A stretch of 64,000 nucleotides of DNA. It comes from the human T2T-CHM13v2.0 reference genome, Homo sapiens. The position numbers and the translations under genes were made by a program. Location of the stretch: the NCBI RefSeq assembly GCF_009914755.1, contig NC_060925.1. One strand, 5' to 3'. The notes below the pieces were generated by a model. It did no database searches and was not told the DNA's origin. It saw only the letters and a program-made list of their open reading frames with translations. This document shows positions 30,837-54,040 of this stretch, in pieces. How positions within the stretch are numbered: the stretch's first letter is position 1; each line of letters starts with the position of its first letter.

Positions 30837-31539
30837 GTACTGTATTAATTGTGTAGCCAGCAAAGACCTCCCTGATAAGATGACATTTCAGCAGAGATGT
30901 GAATGACATGAGAAATGTACCATATAAGTATCTATGTATCATGTAGGAGTATTCCAGGCAGAAGAAGTTCAAACACTCTGAAGTGAGAACATGAGTAGCG
31001 TATTTAAGGAACAGGCAGTGGACAGATGACAGTGTCTTGAACGCTATCAGCCCCTACAGCCTTATAGTGTACTTACTTGTATCCACTATCACACTATGAG
31101 CTCCCTGAGAGAAAGGATCCTGTCTTAGTTACCTCTGAGTTGCCATTGCCTAGGACAGAATCTGACCCAGGAGACACTATATAAATATTTGAGTAATAAA
31201 TTAATGAGTGAGGATTCAACCTTTCTTCTCTCCCTTGCTTGATTCACTCCCAGGTATTATTGATGAATATGTGCTGCATCTTCAACTAGGTTTCCAGCTT
31301 TTCTGAAGGCAAACACTATGTCAAGTATATCTTTTCCTGTTCCTCCCATCTCACATGTACCCCTAGGGTTCAATGCAGTGTTGTACAAATATTATATAAG
31401 ACCAACAGATATAAAATCATTGAAGGAATATCTAGGTCTAGTGCTACCAAGATACCTGGAATAGGAAATAAATGGCAGAAATCACAGATCAAAATTCTGC
31501 ATAGAAACAAATGGTGTCAAAATATGAAAAGTAGCCATT

Positions 31540-32517
31540 AATTTTAATTTTTATTTTTTGTGGGAACATAGTAGGTGTATATATTTATGGGGTATATCAG
31601 ATGTTTTGATAGAGACGTGCAATGCAATGTGTAAAAATCACATCACAGAAAATGGGGTATTCATCCCCTCAAGCGTTTATCCCTTGTTACAAACAATCCA
31701 ATTATACTCTTTTAGTTATTTTAAAATGTACAACAAAGTTATTATTGACTATACTCACCCTGTTGCGCTATCAAGTACTAGGTCTTACTCATTCTTTTTA
31801 ACTATTTTTCATACCCTTAACCAGCCTCACTGACCCTAACCCTCCACTACCCTTCCCTGCCTCAGCTAAACATTCTTCTACTCTCTAACTTCATGACTTC
31901 AATTACTTTGATTTTTAGATCCCACAAATAACCGAGTACATGAGACGTTTGTCTTTCTGTGTCTGGTTTATTTCACTTAACACATTGACCTTTAGTTCCA
32001 TGTTGTTGCAAATGACAGGATCTCATTCTTTTTATGGGTGAATAGTACTCCATCATGTATACATGTCACATTTTCTTTATCCATTCATCTGTTGCTGGAC
32101 ACTTACATTGCTTCAAAATCTTGGCTATTATGAACAGTGCTACAACAAATATGGGAGTGCAGATATATTTTTGATATACTGATTTCCTCTCTTTGGGGTA
32201 TATACCTAGCAGTGGGATTGCTGGATCATATGGTAGCTCTATTTTCATTAACTTGGGAACCTCCAAAGTGTTCTCCATAGTTGTACTAACTTACATTCTC
32301 ATCAACAGTATATGAGGGGGTCCCTTTTTTCCACATTCTCACCAGCATTTTTTATTGCTTGTCTTTTGGTTATGAGCCATTTTAACTAGCGTGAGATGCT
32401 ATTTCATTATAGTTTTGCTTTGCATTTCTCTGATGATCAATGATATTGAATACCTTTTCATATGCCTGTTTGCCATTTGTATGTCTTCTTTTGAGAAATG
32501 TCTATTCAAGTCTTTTG
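31540..32517 (-). mobile_element. L1MA-type 3' fragment
   Basis: Minus [21 protein letters not shown]. 3' end 'ttttgtgggaacatagtaggtgtatatatttatgggg'. Confidence 0.9.
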
Positions 32518-32573
32518 AAAACTAGCTGTTTCTTAGGTAGGGAAACACTCACCTAATTTCAATCATTACCATC

Positions 32574-32855
32574 TTTTTTTTCAGTGGGAGGTCTTACTCT
32601 GTTGCCCAGGATGGATTGCAATGACAGGATCATGACTCACTGCAGCCTCAAGCTCCTAGGCTGAAGCAATCCTCCCCCATCAGCCTCCCCAGTCACTGGG
32701 GTTTACAGGCATATGCCACCATGCCTGGCTATGTATTTTTTTAAGAGATGGGGTCTTGCTATGTTGCCCAGGCTGGTCTCAAAGTCCTGGACTCAAGTGG
32801 TCCTTCTGCCTCAGGCTCCTGAGTCATTGAGATTACCTGAGGCAGCATGCTCAGC
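32574..32855 (-). mobile_element. AluJ-type SINE
   Basis: Diverged dimer 'ggtcttactctgttgcccagg'...'gagatggggtcttgctatgttgcccagg'. Confidence 0.85.
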
Positions 32856-35029
32856 TCTTATCATTACCACCCTTAACTCTCACTAGTACTACTTTACAGA
32901 TACAACCAGAATAATACCATCATAATTAGAGTATGCTTTCAGGATTCAGAACTGGATCAGAAGAGAGTGGCCCCAGCAAGATAGCCAGAAAGTCTGATGC
33001 ACAATGTCCAAAAAGCATAGGATGCTCAGACATGATTTAAGCTGGAAAAGGTTCCAAAAGGTCTAGGTAATGGGCATATACAATAATGTAGACCAAGCAT
33101 ATTTGCCACTTAGTGGTCCAAGGAAATATGTCTATTCATATCTAGATTTTATCCAGCGATTGGTAAAAATGAAAAGTAGATATGAGTATAGACATGGTGA
33201 AAATTAGGCCTCCCAGCCCAGATTCATATCTAGAGGGCAAGGGTTCAGGCAATAACCTACGCTTGAAGAGATACTAATTCTAATATTCTAAGCTGAGTGA
33301 TGAGTAAGACTTTGGCACAGAAAAGAAGGTATCAAGAAAGAACTCATTTTTACAGACAATACCAATGAAAATAATGCAGGAAATGTAACAACTTACAGAC
33401 TAGTGACCAGGGTTTGTCTCTTGTATATTAGATAACAAGACTAATTGGCAGCATCTCTAATACTGCTCATAGACATTATGCTGTGGTCAAGAAATGGCTC
33501 AGAGATGAGGCAGACTGGGATAGAAGTCAAAACCCATCAGTAGCAGATTTAACTGCTGGAAGCCAGGATGAGAAAGGTAAAGGTCTAAGGTGAGAGCTGC
33601 TCACAAAATCAGATTGGTCAAACTGGAGGAAACTTTGCAAACCTGAAACCCAACTATATTAGAGATGTCCATTACTTCTCCTCCACTCATAGCCTCTTAG
33701 AGAATCTCTCCTACCCACATCCCTGAAGAGGCAGCCCTATATACACAATGACCACCTTCTTTGGTTTACAGTTGACCAGACCCAAACTGAGAAAATCATA
33801 TTTTCCTTCTTATAATTAGGAATTGAAATACAAGACTGAGTTTGTTAGAGTATGTTGAATAGGCCAGTCAACCCTATGGCAGGCAAGTGAACACTCAGCA
33901 AGCTTGAAACAGAAACTAAAAACCTTAAAAAGAAAGTTGGCCTGAAGGGCAGGGAATGGAATATAAAGTATTTAGGAACAAGGAGATTCTAGATCATGCA
34001 GACCCAGGCATATACATGGAAGAAGAGATTGCCTAATAAGTTTCCAGCTTCCTTTATGCACTATGAGTTAAAAATATTGTCTGTTTATTAATGGTTAAGA
34101 ATTATGGGATAAAATTTTCCTTGAAAAATAGTCATCTTCTTTAAGATTTTAGGGGTTTTTAATAACACATAATTCTCATTCGCAATACTGTTATTTATAA
34201 CCCTGTGTTAAATATTCAGACTCAATTATTTATTCTATTCCTAAGTAATATTAAGCTATACTTTAAATATTATCCCATACTTTTGGATACACAAATCTGA
34301 GAGAGAAGAAAATATACAAACAAAGAAAAAGTGTATACTCTTCCCATCAGCAATGACAGCCAAATTTTACTTATAAGATTGCTTTCCATATTTTACCCTG
34401 TTTAGATATGTAAAAGGCTAACATCTAATCCCATTTGTAATGCTGATCCAGCAAGAAAGAAATTAATTTGGCATTAGAGTAGTAACATCAATTTCCCATG
34501 TAACTAAAGTAATGCATTTACTGGAAAGAGATTAATATCAATTCCATAAATCATTCACATGCTTTTTCCGGGTTTGAGACATCCGAGTAATGTCATATAT
34601 GTGAGCTGATATCACTTTGTGCATGTGCCATTCATTAATCTGTGCCTGGGGTTACAGAGAAGTTGTCAGGAGAAAATATAAAACTTAGAAAAAAATCAAT
34701 CTTTCTGTTCTTAATTTTTTGTAACTTGTTTTAAGTAAGGTAAGCCAAATGTTGCTAGAAATGCAATGACATTGATCCACACTAGCAGCCAGCATTTTCA
34801 GAAAAAAAAAATTAAACATTTGGTCACTTAGCTTCCTGGTGGTAACAACTACTTAATATCCACATAAGACAATGTGTAAATGTCAATGCAAATATTCCAT
34901 TAAGGAGCCTCAATAAAATGATGACTAAAAGAAGAACTGAGTCTGAGTCTCTCCTTTAAAGAACAGTTCATCTTTGTTGTTGAATTTCATAATCATATGG
35001 GTTTTTTTTAGTTTCTTGCTTTCTGTTTG

Positions 35030-35315
35030 TTTTTGTTTTTTTTGTTTTTTTTTTTTTGAGATGAGGTCTTGCTCTGTCACCCAGGCTGGAGTGCAGTGGC
35101 ACCATCATGACTCACTGCAGCCTCAAACTTCCAGGCTCAAGAAATCTTCCAACCTCAGCTCCCAAGTAGCTGGAATTATAGGTGCATGCCATGATGCCTT
35201 GCAATATTTTTTAAAATTTTTGTAGAGTTGGAGTCTCCCTATGTTTCCCAGGCTGCTCTTGAACTCCTGGGCTCAGGTGATCCTCCTGCCTTGGCATCCC
35301 AGAGTGCTGCGATAA
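35030..35315 (-). mobile_element. AluJ-type SINE
   Basis: 'gagatgaggtcttgctctgtcacccaggctggagtgcagtgg'...'cccagagtgctg'. Confidence 0.88.
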
Positions 35316-38300
35316 TCACATTACTCAGGATCCCATAGATAAAAAGAACCAATATGATATGTGTATATGTATATGGTCTGTGTGTGATATACATATAAAT
35401 CATCCAATCCCCAAAACACAGCACCAATTACCTGCATGATACAGAATGGGAAGAACAAGGCCCAGATGTAAGAGCGTGGAGCTTGTAACACTCCTATTAT
35501 TTATTATTACTTTTGACAAATTGATAATATTAACCTAAACTTAAATCTTCCATTCCAAGTCATCTGTGGCTAGCAAAACTGCAGGGACAAGGAAATGAGT
35601 GACACAGTGGAAAGAGTCCAGGCCTTTGATTTGACTAAAGTCAAATCCCAGCTCTATCATTTACTAACAGTTACTTGTCTTTGAGCTTCTAATATTTCCT
35701 CATCTGAAATATTAGAAAAATAGTGCCTATTTCATGGGATTCTTAGGAGAATTAGAGATAAAGTATATAATGTTTCCTGGAATATAATAGATGATCAATA
35801 CTTCTCTGGCCATATTTATTCTGTTCACTTCCAGGGCACAGGGTAGAATTTCACCTTTTGACCCCCTGAAAATAGACGTGGCCATATGACACATTTTGTC
35901 CAATGCGATATAAGTGGAAATTATTTGTGACTTTTCCAAAAAGGTATTTTTATTATAATTTGGCTATCATGACTTAAAACATACTGAGACATTTCTCTCT
36001 TGCGATGCATTCACAATATCAGAACTCTTTTTATTTTATAGTATATTAGCAACTTACAGAACAGTTACGCTATCTTCTATTAATTGTGTGAAACAGAAAT
36101 ATTGTCAACTAAGCAGGACAAGGTTCATTATTCCATTTTAGTGATGAGATCACACATTCAGAGAAGTGAGGTGATTTTTCCCAAGACCACATAGATAATA
36201 AGTGTCAGGTCTTCTGATTCCTAGATAATACCAATCCGTGTATAAGAAAAAAATAAATGCCACACTAACAATGGACTGTTTTATAAGATAATTTATTGAG
36301 ATGCTAATCTGTGCTGGTAAATGATATCCCACATTCTATTTTTTCCAACACTGAACATTTATTTCCCTGCCTCCCACCCACACACCATACGCTCTATTCT
36401 CTAGGCTCTTTGAGATCTCTTACCTCAAGGGAGGTTTGCGTGGCAATAAAAAAGAAAACATTGCCCCCAACACTTCTTTTCCTGACCTTAGCTAGGATTA
36501 TGCTAGTAGAAAGAGCAGAGTTCCATTGGAAGCAGAGAAGGGAAGAAAAACGTCCTATACTTTGGGAAAGAGAAGTCAAAGATTCCAGGAATGGTGGGAG
36601 GAAGAGGTGCTCCCTGGCAATCCTCAGTAATAAATGGCTTCGCAGGGTACCTACAGAGGAAGAACGCTAGGCACTAGGTCTCTGAAGCTAGGCAAAAGCT
36701 CCAATAAAGACCCTCATGTCCTGCTTGTGTGAGACTTCCCACATTCAAGGAGTTGCATGAGCTTGAATTATGAGGGTGTCATGGTACCCAGACATTTAAA
36801 AATCAGAATGTTTTATCTCCTAGCGTAAGCATCACATACACCTCTTGGAGTCTTATGTGACTTTTGAGAAAGAAAGCCTCAGTTAAGATGTGAAAATGAA
36901 TTTCCTCTAATCCCAGTGAGAAGGAAATCCAGAGTCAGATTAACTTGATATAAATAAACTAATTTGAAATTTCTTACTGAGTGTATAAACGAGGACCCAC
37001 ACCCTAGCCCAAAGTCCTTCTGAAAACACACACTTAACTGCCAATTTCATTTAATTGTGTGAAACAGTTATAAATTGTATCCCATAATATGTTCCTGATT
37101 ATTCCTAAAGGATTGAGTTTTCCAAATCCAAAAATGTTACCCTTTCTCCATCAACTGTGAGATGATGTGAAATGAATTATCTCCCTCCATTACGGAGGAA
37201 TAAGATATGCTATGAATGCATGCAATAAGCCCTCACAGATCAGATACTCAAACCCTACACAGGGATTGAGCCAAAGTTCCCCAAAGTGGTAACAAGTACA
37301 TTCCTATCTACTCAACTCAAAGGGTCTCAACTAGCTAGTCTACAAGCTAATATAGGACATCAGACTGGTTATTAGCTTGTACTTCAACTTGGAAATGCTC
37401 TAGTTGCTAATAATGAGCCAGGAAATAAACATATAAATGCTGAATAACCAAAAGTTAACTAAGATGTATAAGAACAGGTTTTGAGGTCCGGTAGGCCTGG
37501 GCTGAACTCCAGATTCTGCCACTTATTAGTTAAGCGCACTTAGTCAAGTCACAACTTCTCTAAATCTTAATTTCTTCAACTTCCTTCTCTACAAACAGGA
37601 ATAACATGCTTACCCTAATTTTTGTCCAGGATTTATGAGAGGCCACAATAGATGTGAAAACACTTTGTTAATCATAAAATGCTTACAAATATTAGCAATT
37701 ATTACAGTTTTATTACTTTTCTTGCTGTTGTTATTACTTCCCACTAGCCCCTGAGGTCTACCAAAGGTAGCACATGGGGAGTTCCCCTAAAAAATAGGCT
37801 GATTGTGCGGTCCAGTATGCTTTTAAAAGGAATAGGTACCATGAAGCTTCTAAATTATTTATTCATTCATTCATTCATTTAATAAATGTGTATTGAGTGC
37901 CCCAAGAATTCTTCAAATCATTCAATATTCAAAATGTATCCTCATTTACCTCTCACAGTGACCATTAGAAGCTCTTCCTTTGGGTTTAGCTGTGTGACAT
38001 TTGGAGAGACATTTAAACTGAAAACCTGTTTCTTCATCTGTAAAATTAAGATGGCATCACTTATCCCACAACATAGGGTCAAATGAGATCAAGGCTATGA
38101 AAATGCAAAGTCACCAATATGGCACTCCAAATGTTCAAGAGTGCTACTGATAGACTTACCTTAACTACCTAAAAGTCCTAAGGATGATGTGGGAATTTAA
38201 GATTATCTTGAATGTATAAGCATTGTACTGAGCTACTGCTCTCTGTAGAATGTGTTTATGACAGTAGTTATTTCCATAAATACTCATAAAGCCAATGGAG

Positions 38301-38982
38301 TAAGGAGGCATCAAGGAAGTAAAGACATTTGGTATGTTTTAACTTTCTTTTCTAGTCACTAAATGTTTATATTTGTAAGCTGCATTGCTTTACTGTGATT
38401 ACGAAATTGTTGTTGACTTAGTTGGAAATGTTCCTATAAATGATAGATTTTCCATTTATGAAAACTTGATTATCTAAAATTGAGAAAACAGAATTCAGCT
38501 GTAGATTAATTTCAGGATAAACTTTTAAAAATAGAATACATAAATGTGGGTCAACATTTACAAGTTATCAATTCTTTTTTTAACTAATAAACATTTCTTT
38601 TTTCAATCCCAAATACAGAAAGAAAATCTCACTTACATTAATTTTGAGTTTTCCTAGAAAAATATCACAGAACATCAGAGTTGGAAACAACTTTGATGGT
38701 GATCTAGCCATAAAAGTTGGATTGGGGAGGATGAGATTTAAATCACATCCATTTAAAAATATTTTAACCTATGAATGAGAAAATTCTGTGTAATATTTTC
38801 TTTTCCAGAAAAAAAATTGGGGGGGTTTTATTCACATTGTTCACAACATAAAGACAGATGATAAGACACCGAATATGTTTTTAAAACTATAAAATTAAAG
38901 GTATATTTCCATCCGGGTCAACAACAAAACTTTAAGTATTTTTCTTTTTTGTATTTTTCTTTCTTTTCTTTTTCTTCTTTCT

Positions 38983-38984
<2 letters not shown>

Positions 38985-39017
<33 letters not shown>

Positions 39018-39242
39018 TGTGAGACGGAGTCTCGCTCTGTCACCCAGGCTGGAATGTAGTGGCGTGATCTAGGCTCACTGCAACCTCCACCTCCTGGGTT
39101 CACGCAATTCTCCTGCCTTAGCCTCCTGAGTAGCTAGGATTACAGGTGCTCACAACGCCTGGCTAATTTTGTATTTTAGTAGAGATGGGGTTTTGCTATG
39201 TCAGTCAGGCTGGTCTTGAGCTCCTGACCTCAGGTGATCCAC
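38985..39242 (-). mobile_element. AluS-type SINE, 5'-truncated, with (TG)n tail
   Basis: (TG)n at 38985-39020, then 'gagacggagtctcgctctgtc'. Stops at 'caggtgatccac'. Confidence 0.9.
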
Positions 39243-39479
39243 ATAATTTCTAAATAAAATTATCCAAATTCTCAAATGCTCATCTCCAGAAAGCCTTTCT
39301 GTCCTCCAATCCACATTGATATCTTACTCCAAATTTATACATAAGTATGATATTCATTATACAAACTCATACTGAAGTATTTACAATTTTATTTTGCTGT
39401 ATAATAGTTTGTGTATGCTTAATTGTGCTTCTACAACTAGTCTACAAGCATATGACTTGCAATGATGGGGACTGGAGAT

Positions 39480-40300
39480 GCTGTGGTGGAGACTGTTACT
39501 GATTGCAAAATTCATTTCTTATTCTACCTGGGCACACAAATAGACTTCATTTCTCAGTCCATTTGTGTCCATATGACTATTTCTCATTAATGGATTATAA
39601 GTTGAAAGAATATGTAATATTTCCAGTTTAAGGCTTTTAAGAAGTAGATGCATCTCCTCTTTTAATTGTTCTCCTCACACCAGTTAGATACAGATGATGA
39701 TGACAGACTTTGGGAACAGTGGAGTCACTGAAATGGAAGATGGAAGAAGTCTAGAACCCTGAATCATCATGTAGAATGAATACTTACCTGTCTTGGACTG
39801 TTATATGACCAAGAAATAACTTTTGCTTATATTTGCACCATTATATATTTTGGAATTTATTTGTTACAGAAGTCAAGCCTATGTAAACCAATGCAGCTAT
39901 GGTTACTTAAAGTTGGATTTTCTCTTAACAAAATGCTCAAACATGGGTCCACAGCTTAGCTATAAGGCAGTGTGAAAATTGACCTAGTGGGCTGGAAAAA
40001 TTATTATGTCATAAAGTAACACCATCAACATTGAGAACTTGGAAGAATATCATGGGCCCAACTGAGCTGGTAACTCTAGTAGACATAGTTTAAAAATATA
40101 TATTAATACACGTTGGTTGTTCCTTGCTGGTAATAATTAGATCAGATAATAATAGACCAGTTTTCAAGGAAAATTGAATGGAATAGAGCAAATGCAAGAA
40201 ATTGAGGCACAGCAGGTTTGAAAAATCAGCTACCTTTGGACCTCAAATTTTGGAAGCAAGAATGTCCCAAGCTGCTGAAGACAAATGAATTATTCTGTGA
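39480..40300 (+). mobile_element. Old MLT1 (MLT1J-like) LTR plus adjacent internal fragment
   Basis: 'ctgggcacacaaatagacttcatttc', 'gaagaagtctagaaccctgaatcatc', 'tttatttgttacag'. Confidence 0.5.
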
Positions 40301-40451
40301 ATTGAGGAGAGATTTTGAAATGGGTAGGGAATCATCCAGAAACATGGTAAAGCAGCCATAGAGAACTAAGGAGTGCTTGATATCCAATTTTAAGTCATGT
40401 TCACTTCTGCAATTTTTAAAGAAATTTCTATTCTTCCATTAAGGCTGCATA

Positions 40452-40453
<2 letters not shown>

Positions 40454-40487
<34 letters not shown>
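40454..40487. repeat. (TG)17 microsatellite
   Basis: Uninterrupted TG run followed by CA-rich sequence. Confidence 0.9.
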
Positions 40488-40489
<2 letters not shown>

Positions 40490-40607
40490 ATACACACACA
40501 GAAACACACAGTACTGTGTGGGAATGTATACATTTTCTTGGCGATATAAAGAAAAGTTAAGTTCCATAACAGGTATGACATAAAGCAGAAATAAAAGACC
40601 AGGTGAG

Positions 40608-40905
40608 GCCAGGCACAGTGGCTCAAGCCTGTAATCCCAGCACTTTGGGAGGTCGAGTTGGGTGGATCACCTGAAGTTGGGAGTTCGAGGCCAGCCTGAC
40701 CAACATGGAGAAACCCCGTCTCTACTAAAAACAAAAATTAGCCAGGTGTGGTGGTGCATGCCTGTAATCCCAGCTACTTGGGAGGCTCAGACGGGAGAAT
40801 CGCTTGAACCCGGGAGGCAGAAGTTGCAGTGAGCCGAGATCGCGCATTGCACTCCAGCCTGGGCAACAAGAGCAAAACTCCGTCTCAAAAACAAAACAAA
40901 ACAGA
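40608..40905 (+). mobile_element. AluSp-like SINE
   Basis: 'gaccaacatggagaaacccc', 'gggcaacaagagcaaaactcc'; (AAAAC)n tail. Confidence 0.92.
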
Positions 40906-42168
40906 AAAACAGGTAAGATGCATGGGAAACCAAAATCCTAACAAAGGAGGAACTGAGAGTCAAAATAAAGATATACAGAGAAGTACAGGATATGGTTCTT
41001 GGGCTGACACCTGGGTTATACAAGCAACCTCTGTCCAAGGTAAAGATTCCTGCATTACAGTTAACAAGTGTTTACTAACAATGCTAAGCTCTGTGTTTGA
41101 GCCTCACGATTTGTCAAATGAATGAGATATGGCATTTGAATCACAAGGGAAGGCACATCAACAAAGAAATGATTGATAATGAAAAGCTTAGAAGCAATAG
41201 AAGCTATTCACTTAAACCAACCTATGGTTTCAGAAGCAATGAAGCCATTCACTTAAACTGACCTTAGGGCTTCAGAGAAGGCTTCCTGGTTAGACAACTA
41301 AGTTATCTTGAAGGATAAATGCAAATAAGCCAGAGAAAGAAGGGTAGGAATGGCTTTTAAGACAAAGATAATCATATAAACTAAAGCAAGGAAGCATAAA
41401 ATTACACCACGCATGTGGAGAACTAAAACTGTGTAAACATAGTCTAAAACTAAGGCAAAGAGGGCTAAGAAAAATGTCTGGAAAGGTTGGTAGTGGGTAA
41501 AGTCATGGAAAGTGCTAAATGCTATCATAAGATGCGTGGGCTTCATTTCATAAACAATGAGGATGCACTGAAGATTCTTATCTGATTCATTCTCTTCTGA
41601 ATCTGAGCTATTGCTATTTTTTGGTTTGCCTCTATTGATTTTGACTCCATACTACTCCATAGATTTTTTTTCTCCACTCATAATAGAGCCTCTCTTATTT
41701 GCTCTGCCAGTAAGTAACCACCCTGATAAGTCACCCAACCTGTTACAGCTTCCTAAGCAAGACCCAGATAGAATATAGTGAGCAACTCAATATATTGTTT
41801 TCAAAACACTGAATGGTTCTAACTGACTCTATCTTCTTTACTGATACAAAAACTGTCATTTTCTTTTGTTTTTCTAAATAATATGCCCTCTTCTGTGATG
41901 TATTTTAAAGCATACATGAATATTCTGCATCATCCACTAAACAATCATGCATCTTATTTCTATTCCATGAAAACAGGAAGAAGGAATAGGACACAAGAAG
42001 AAGGAGTAGGAAGGGGACAAAAAATTTATGTTGTTGACATTTACCAAGTGCCTACTATGTAATAGGCATTTGATACATTACCTTATGTAATTTTCACAAC
42101 CATTCTACAAGACAGTTCATTATTCCACATATTTTAAAATGAGAAAACAGAAGTTCAGAAAGGCTAAA

Positions 42169-42592
42169 TGTGATGGGTAATTGTATGTGTCAATTTGGCT
42201 GGGTCACCGTGCCAAAATATGTGATCAAATCTTTACTCCGGATGTCTCTGTGATGGTGTTTTTGGATGAGATTAACATTTAAATTAACAGATTTTGATTA
42301 AAGCAGATTGCCCTCCATAATGTGGGTAGACCTCATCCAATCAGTTGAAGACTTGAATAGAACAAAAGACTGACCTCCTTGAGTAACAGGAAATTCTGCC
42401 AGCAGATGGCCTTCAGACCAACTGCAGAACTGGCTCTTCCCTGGATCTCTAACCTGCTGGCCCACTCTGCAGACTTGCCACCTTTCATAAACATGTGAGC
42501 CAATTCCTTAAAATAAATCTTCACTCACACATACACACACACACACACACACCTTTTTGGTTCTGTTTCTCTGGAGAACCCTGACAAACATA
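42169..42592 (+). mobile_element. MLT2 (HERVL-type) solo LTR inserted in a MIR
   Basis: 'tgtgatgggtaattgtatgtgtcaa'...'ggttctgtttctctggagaaccctgac'. 5-bp TSD ctaaa at 42164-42168 and 42593-42597. Internal (CA)n. Confidence 0.88.
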
Positions 42593-45466
42593 CTAAAGAA
42601 CTCAAACAAGGCCACCCATATAGTAAATAATAAAAAAAAACAAAACTTACAACCAGAACTGTTTGTTTCCAAAGCTAGGATTCCACTAGCTACACGATTT
42701 TCCATATAATAACTTTAAACACTATTATATTAAAAATGAAAACTAATTTACATAATATTTTAAAACTATTTTAATATTTGTGTAAATTGATAAGCTTAAA
42801 AAGTTGTTTTTTTCCTGTGTTGGAGCACTCTTCAGGAAAAATTATAAAAATTAATAAAAAACAAAAACCCTCTGTAATTGAAGTTTAGTGCACAGGGAAG
42901 TTTTTTAAAAAAAACAAGCAAAACATATTGGGAAGGAATTAACTAGTACATATGGGTATGAGCATTTGCTTCTAAATGTGGCAATGAAATCTGCCCTATG
43001 AGACATTCTTTCAACACATTTGTTTTAAACAAGTATGTTCTGCCATATTTAAGGGACATTTCAAATACAAACCTTCTGTGATTGATATGTAAATTATGAA
43101 CAGAGTGACAAATCGAAGACTAAGATGAAGGCATTGAGTCAAGTTAACACATCTACACTTGGCTCCTTTAGGATATCTAATAGCTAAATATAAGAATGAG
43201 TTGATGACAAAGCAAGGAACCATATCAGGTTTTCATGATCTCCTCTTACATAATAACTGTATCCCTGTATAGACAAAGAAGGCAGAAATAGGAGAAGACA
43301 AGACTACAGAAAATTGTTTTTACTCATCCATGAAAGAAGAAGGCTTTAGGGTGAGTATAAACTTGCCAATTATTTTAGGACCCACCATTTTATGTTTAAG
43401 CAATTGTCATTTATTCATTTATCCATGGATGTTTTGTGCACCTATTAAGAGCTAGCCATTGTAAGAAAAGAAATCATGGTTCCTGCCCTCAAGAAGTTTA
43501 TGCTTACAGGCACAGTGAAAAGCTATGTTCCACAAAAGAAATATTAGTAAAACTGAAATTGTAAACTGGAAGACGGAAAAGCCATATACAGCTGCAGATA
43601 TCATAGGAGAAAGTAAGTTTGGGTACAGACTTTGAGGATAGATTTCAATAAAAGTTGAAAAAGAACATACCAAACAAAGAGAGTATCATAATTAACGTTA
43701 AAGACAATAAGGATTTGATATTGGTTAGCAGAATAAAAATGAAAATGCATACATGAGAAGGATCATACAGGTAGAGTATGAATTCTCAATGGGGGTGCTT
43801 TCATTTGGAGCAAAAACATTTTAGACTATTACAATGATTTGTTGCCCTCTGAAAATCACAGTACCTAAAGAGATATGCGGTATATCAGTAGCAATGAAAT
43901 TTCAGGGAGCTGGGGGAGTAGGAAAAAATACCCAAAAAGTAGAGTAATAATAAAAAAATCAGTTAAAAACATTAAGATGGAGTAAAAGGATTTAATAAGA
44001 AATTAGATGGGGTGACAAAGAAAAGCAAAAGCTGACTCTAGAATGACTAGAAAGCTATTAGAATTTTTGAAATTAAAAAAAAGTTTTAAGGTCAAAAGGG
44101 CTCTTCTGTTTTGAAGTTAAAACATAAGTTTGGTTTGGAAAGCTGTCCATTTTAAAATATCAATACACATCTAGATACAGACACAATCGGATAGTTTAAA
44201 ATATAGAATCACTACCTTGAAGAGAGTTCAAGGCTGATGATACTTTCCAAGGCAGTGTTATTCAAAATTTGGTCCATAGATTGATGCTGGTCTGCAATGT
44301 GTTTGTTGTACATTGCTACCAATTAAGTACAGTATGATACTTTTACAGTCATTTGACATCCAAACTTATGATTGGTTTACTTATCTAGTTCAATAGGGTG
44401 TAAATAAATTTAAATGTTGACAAACTCATGTGGCAAATTGCACCTGGCATGAGCATCATACAAGTCATGCACAGTAGGATCATATAGAGAGCCATGACAG
44501 ACTGGGGAGAAATAAAGTTGGTTCTTGACCACACATAGTTCTGAGAAGCGTTTTACCAGGGCTTAATTATGTAGAGCTTATTACTTAATGAAACTGTATT
44601 CCATCATTTCTAAGATAGCAGGGACACTAGTAAAATGTCTAACAAAGAGTAAGTACTCAATAAATCAAACAAGCTTCTAATTTTTAGACAAAATGTTATA
44701 ATATGTGCATAATTGCATTTTTATTGGAAGGGAGTTCATAGCTTTCATTAGATTCTTATGAACAGATGCCTGTTACCTAACAAAGGCTAATAACCAATGC
44801 AGTAAAAAAAAAAACAACTCATTACTACTATTATCTTTGTACCTTCAGTATCTGCACATAATTTCATTCATCCATTTAACAAATAATTATTGAATGCCTA
44901 CTCTATGTTAGGCTCTGGAGATAGAGCAAATAGACAAAGTAACTATTCTTATTGTAAGAAAGGCAGATAAACAAATAAAAAAGCAAGTAGCATATGAAAA
45001 CAAAATGCTATAAAAGAGAAACTGGGTAGCTGCTTTGGATCATCACAGAAGGCCTCTCTGAGGAAGCAATATTTAAGCTGAAATCTGAATACCAAGAAGT
45101 AAAGATGGTGTGGGGGAGGTGATCAGAATTCCAGAAAAAAAAATTTGGCTGAATCAAACAGCCTAAAAACAAATATGGCCTGCTCTGGAAACAGGCAGAA
45201 AGTCACTATGGCTACAGCATTATTGGGAAGAGTAAGAATGTCATGAGGTGAAGTCAGAAAAGTAGTCAAGGGCCAGACCAAGTAGTCACTGATCACTTTG
45301 TAGTCAGGATAAGAAGTTCACATTATATTCTAACTCTGATGGGAAGCCAATGAAGGTTTAAAATAGGGAAAGAATGAGATGTGATTTGAATATTTAAGAA
45401 TATTTCTGGGTACTGTGTAAAGAATAGATAATGGGGGAGAAGAAACTTGAGTGAAAGGAAGCAAGA

Positions 45467-45832
<366 letters not shown>

Positions 45833-46299
45833 TTAATGGATTCAGGATATTTAAGCACAATAATAATTCTTAATGGACGGATGGATGAATGGATGGATGG
45901 ATGGATTATGAACTATTAGATATGTACTCAAGATTTATAAAGATTAAAGATACGTAAGCTGAACCTTGGAAAATGCCTTATAGGTCATGTGTGGAGGAAA
46001 ACAAGATAGGTCAGTCCGAGACAGGGGGAGAATGAAGATGTTGTAATCACAGCTGCCAGGGTAAGACAGTATTGGAAAGTAAGAGTAATCATTAGAAATG
46101 TCATGTTGCACAGGAATCAAAAACTAAAACAAAACTATCAAATTACATCAGTATGCCCCTGGCAACCCTTCAAAGAACAATCTTGCTGGAGTGGCCAGGA
46201 TACAAATCAGACTATAAAAAATAAAGATGTAATGGTATATAGTGACATTTCCATTTTTACTGGAAATCTTTCCAAAATCATCTCACACATAATTAAATC

Positions 46300-54040
<7,741 letters not shown>

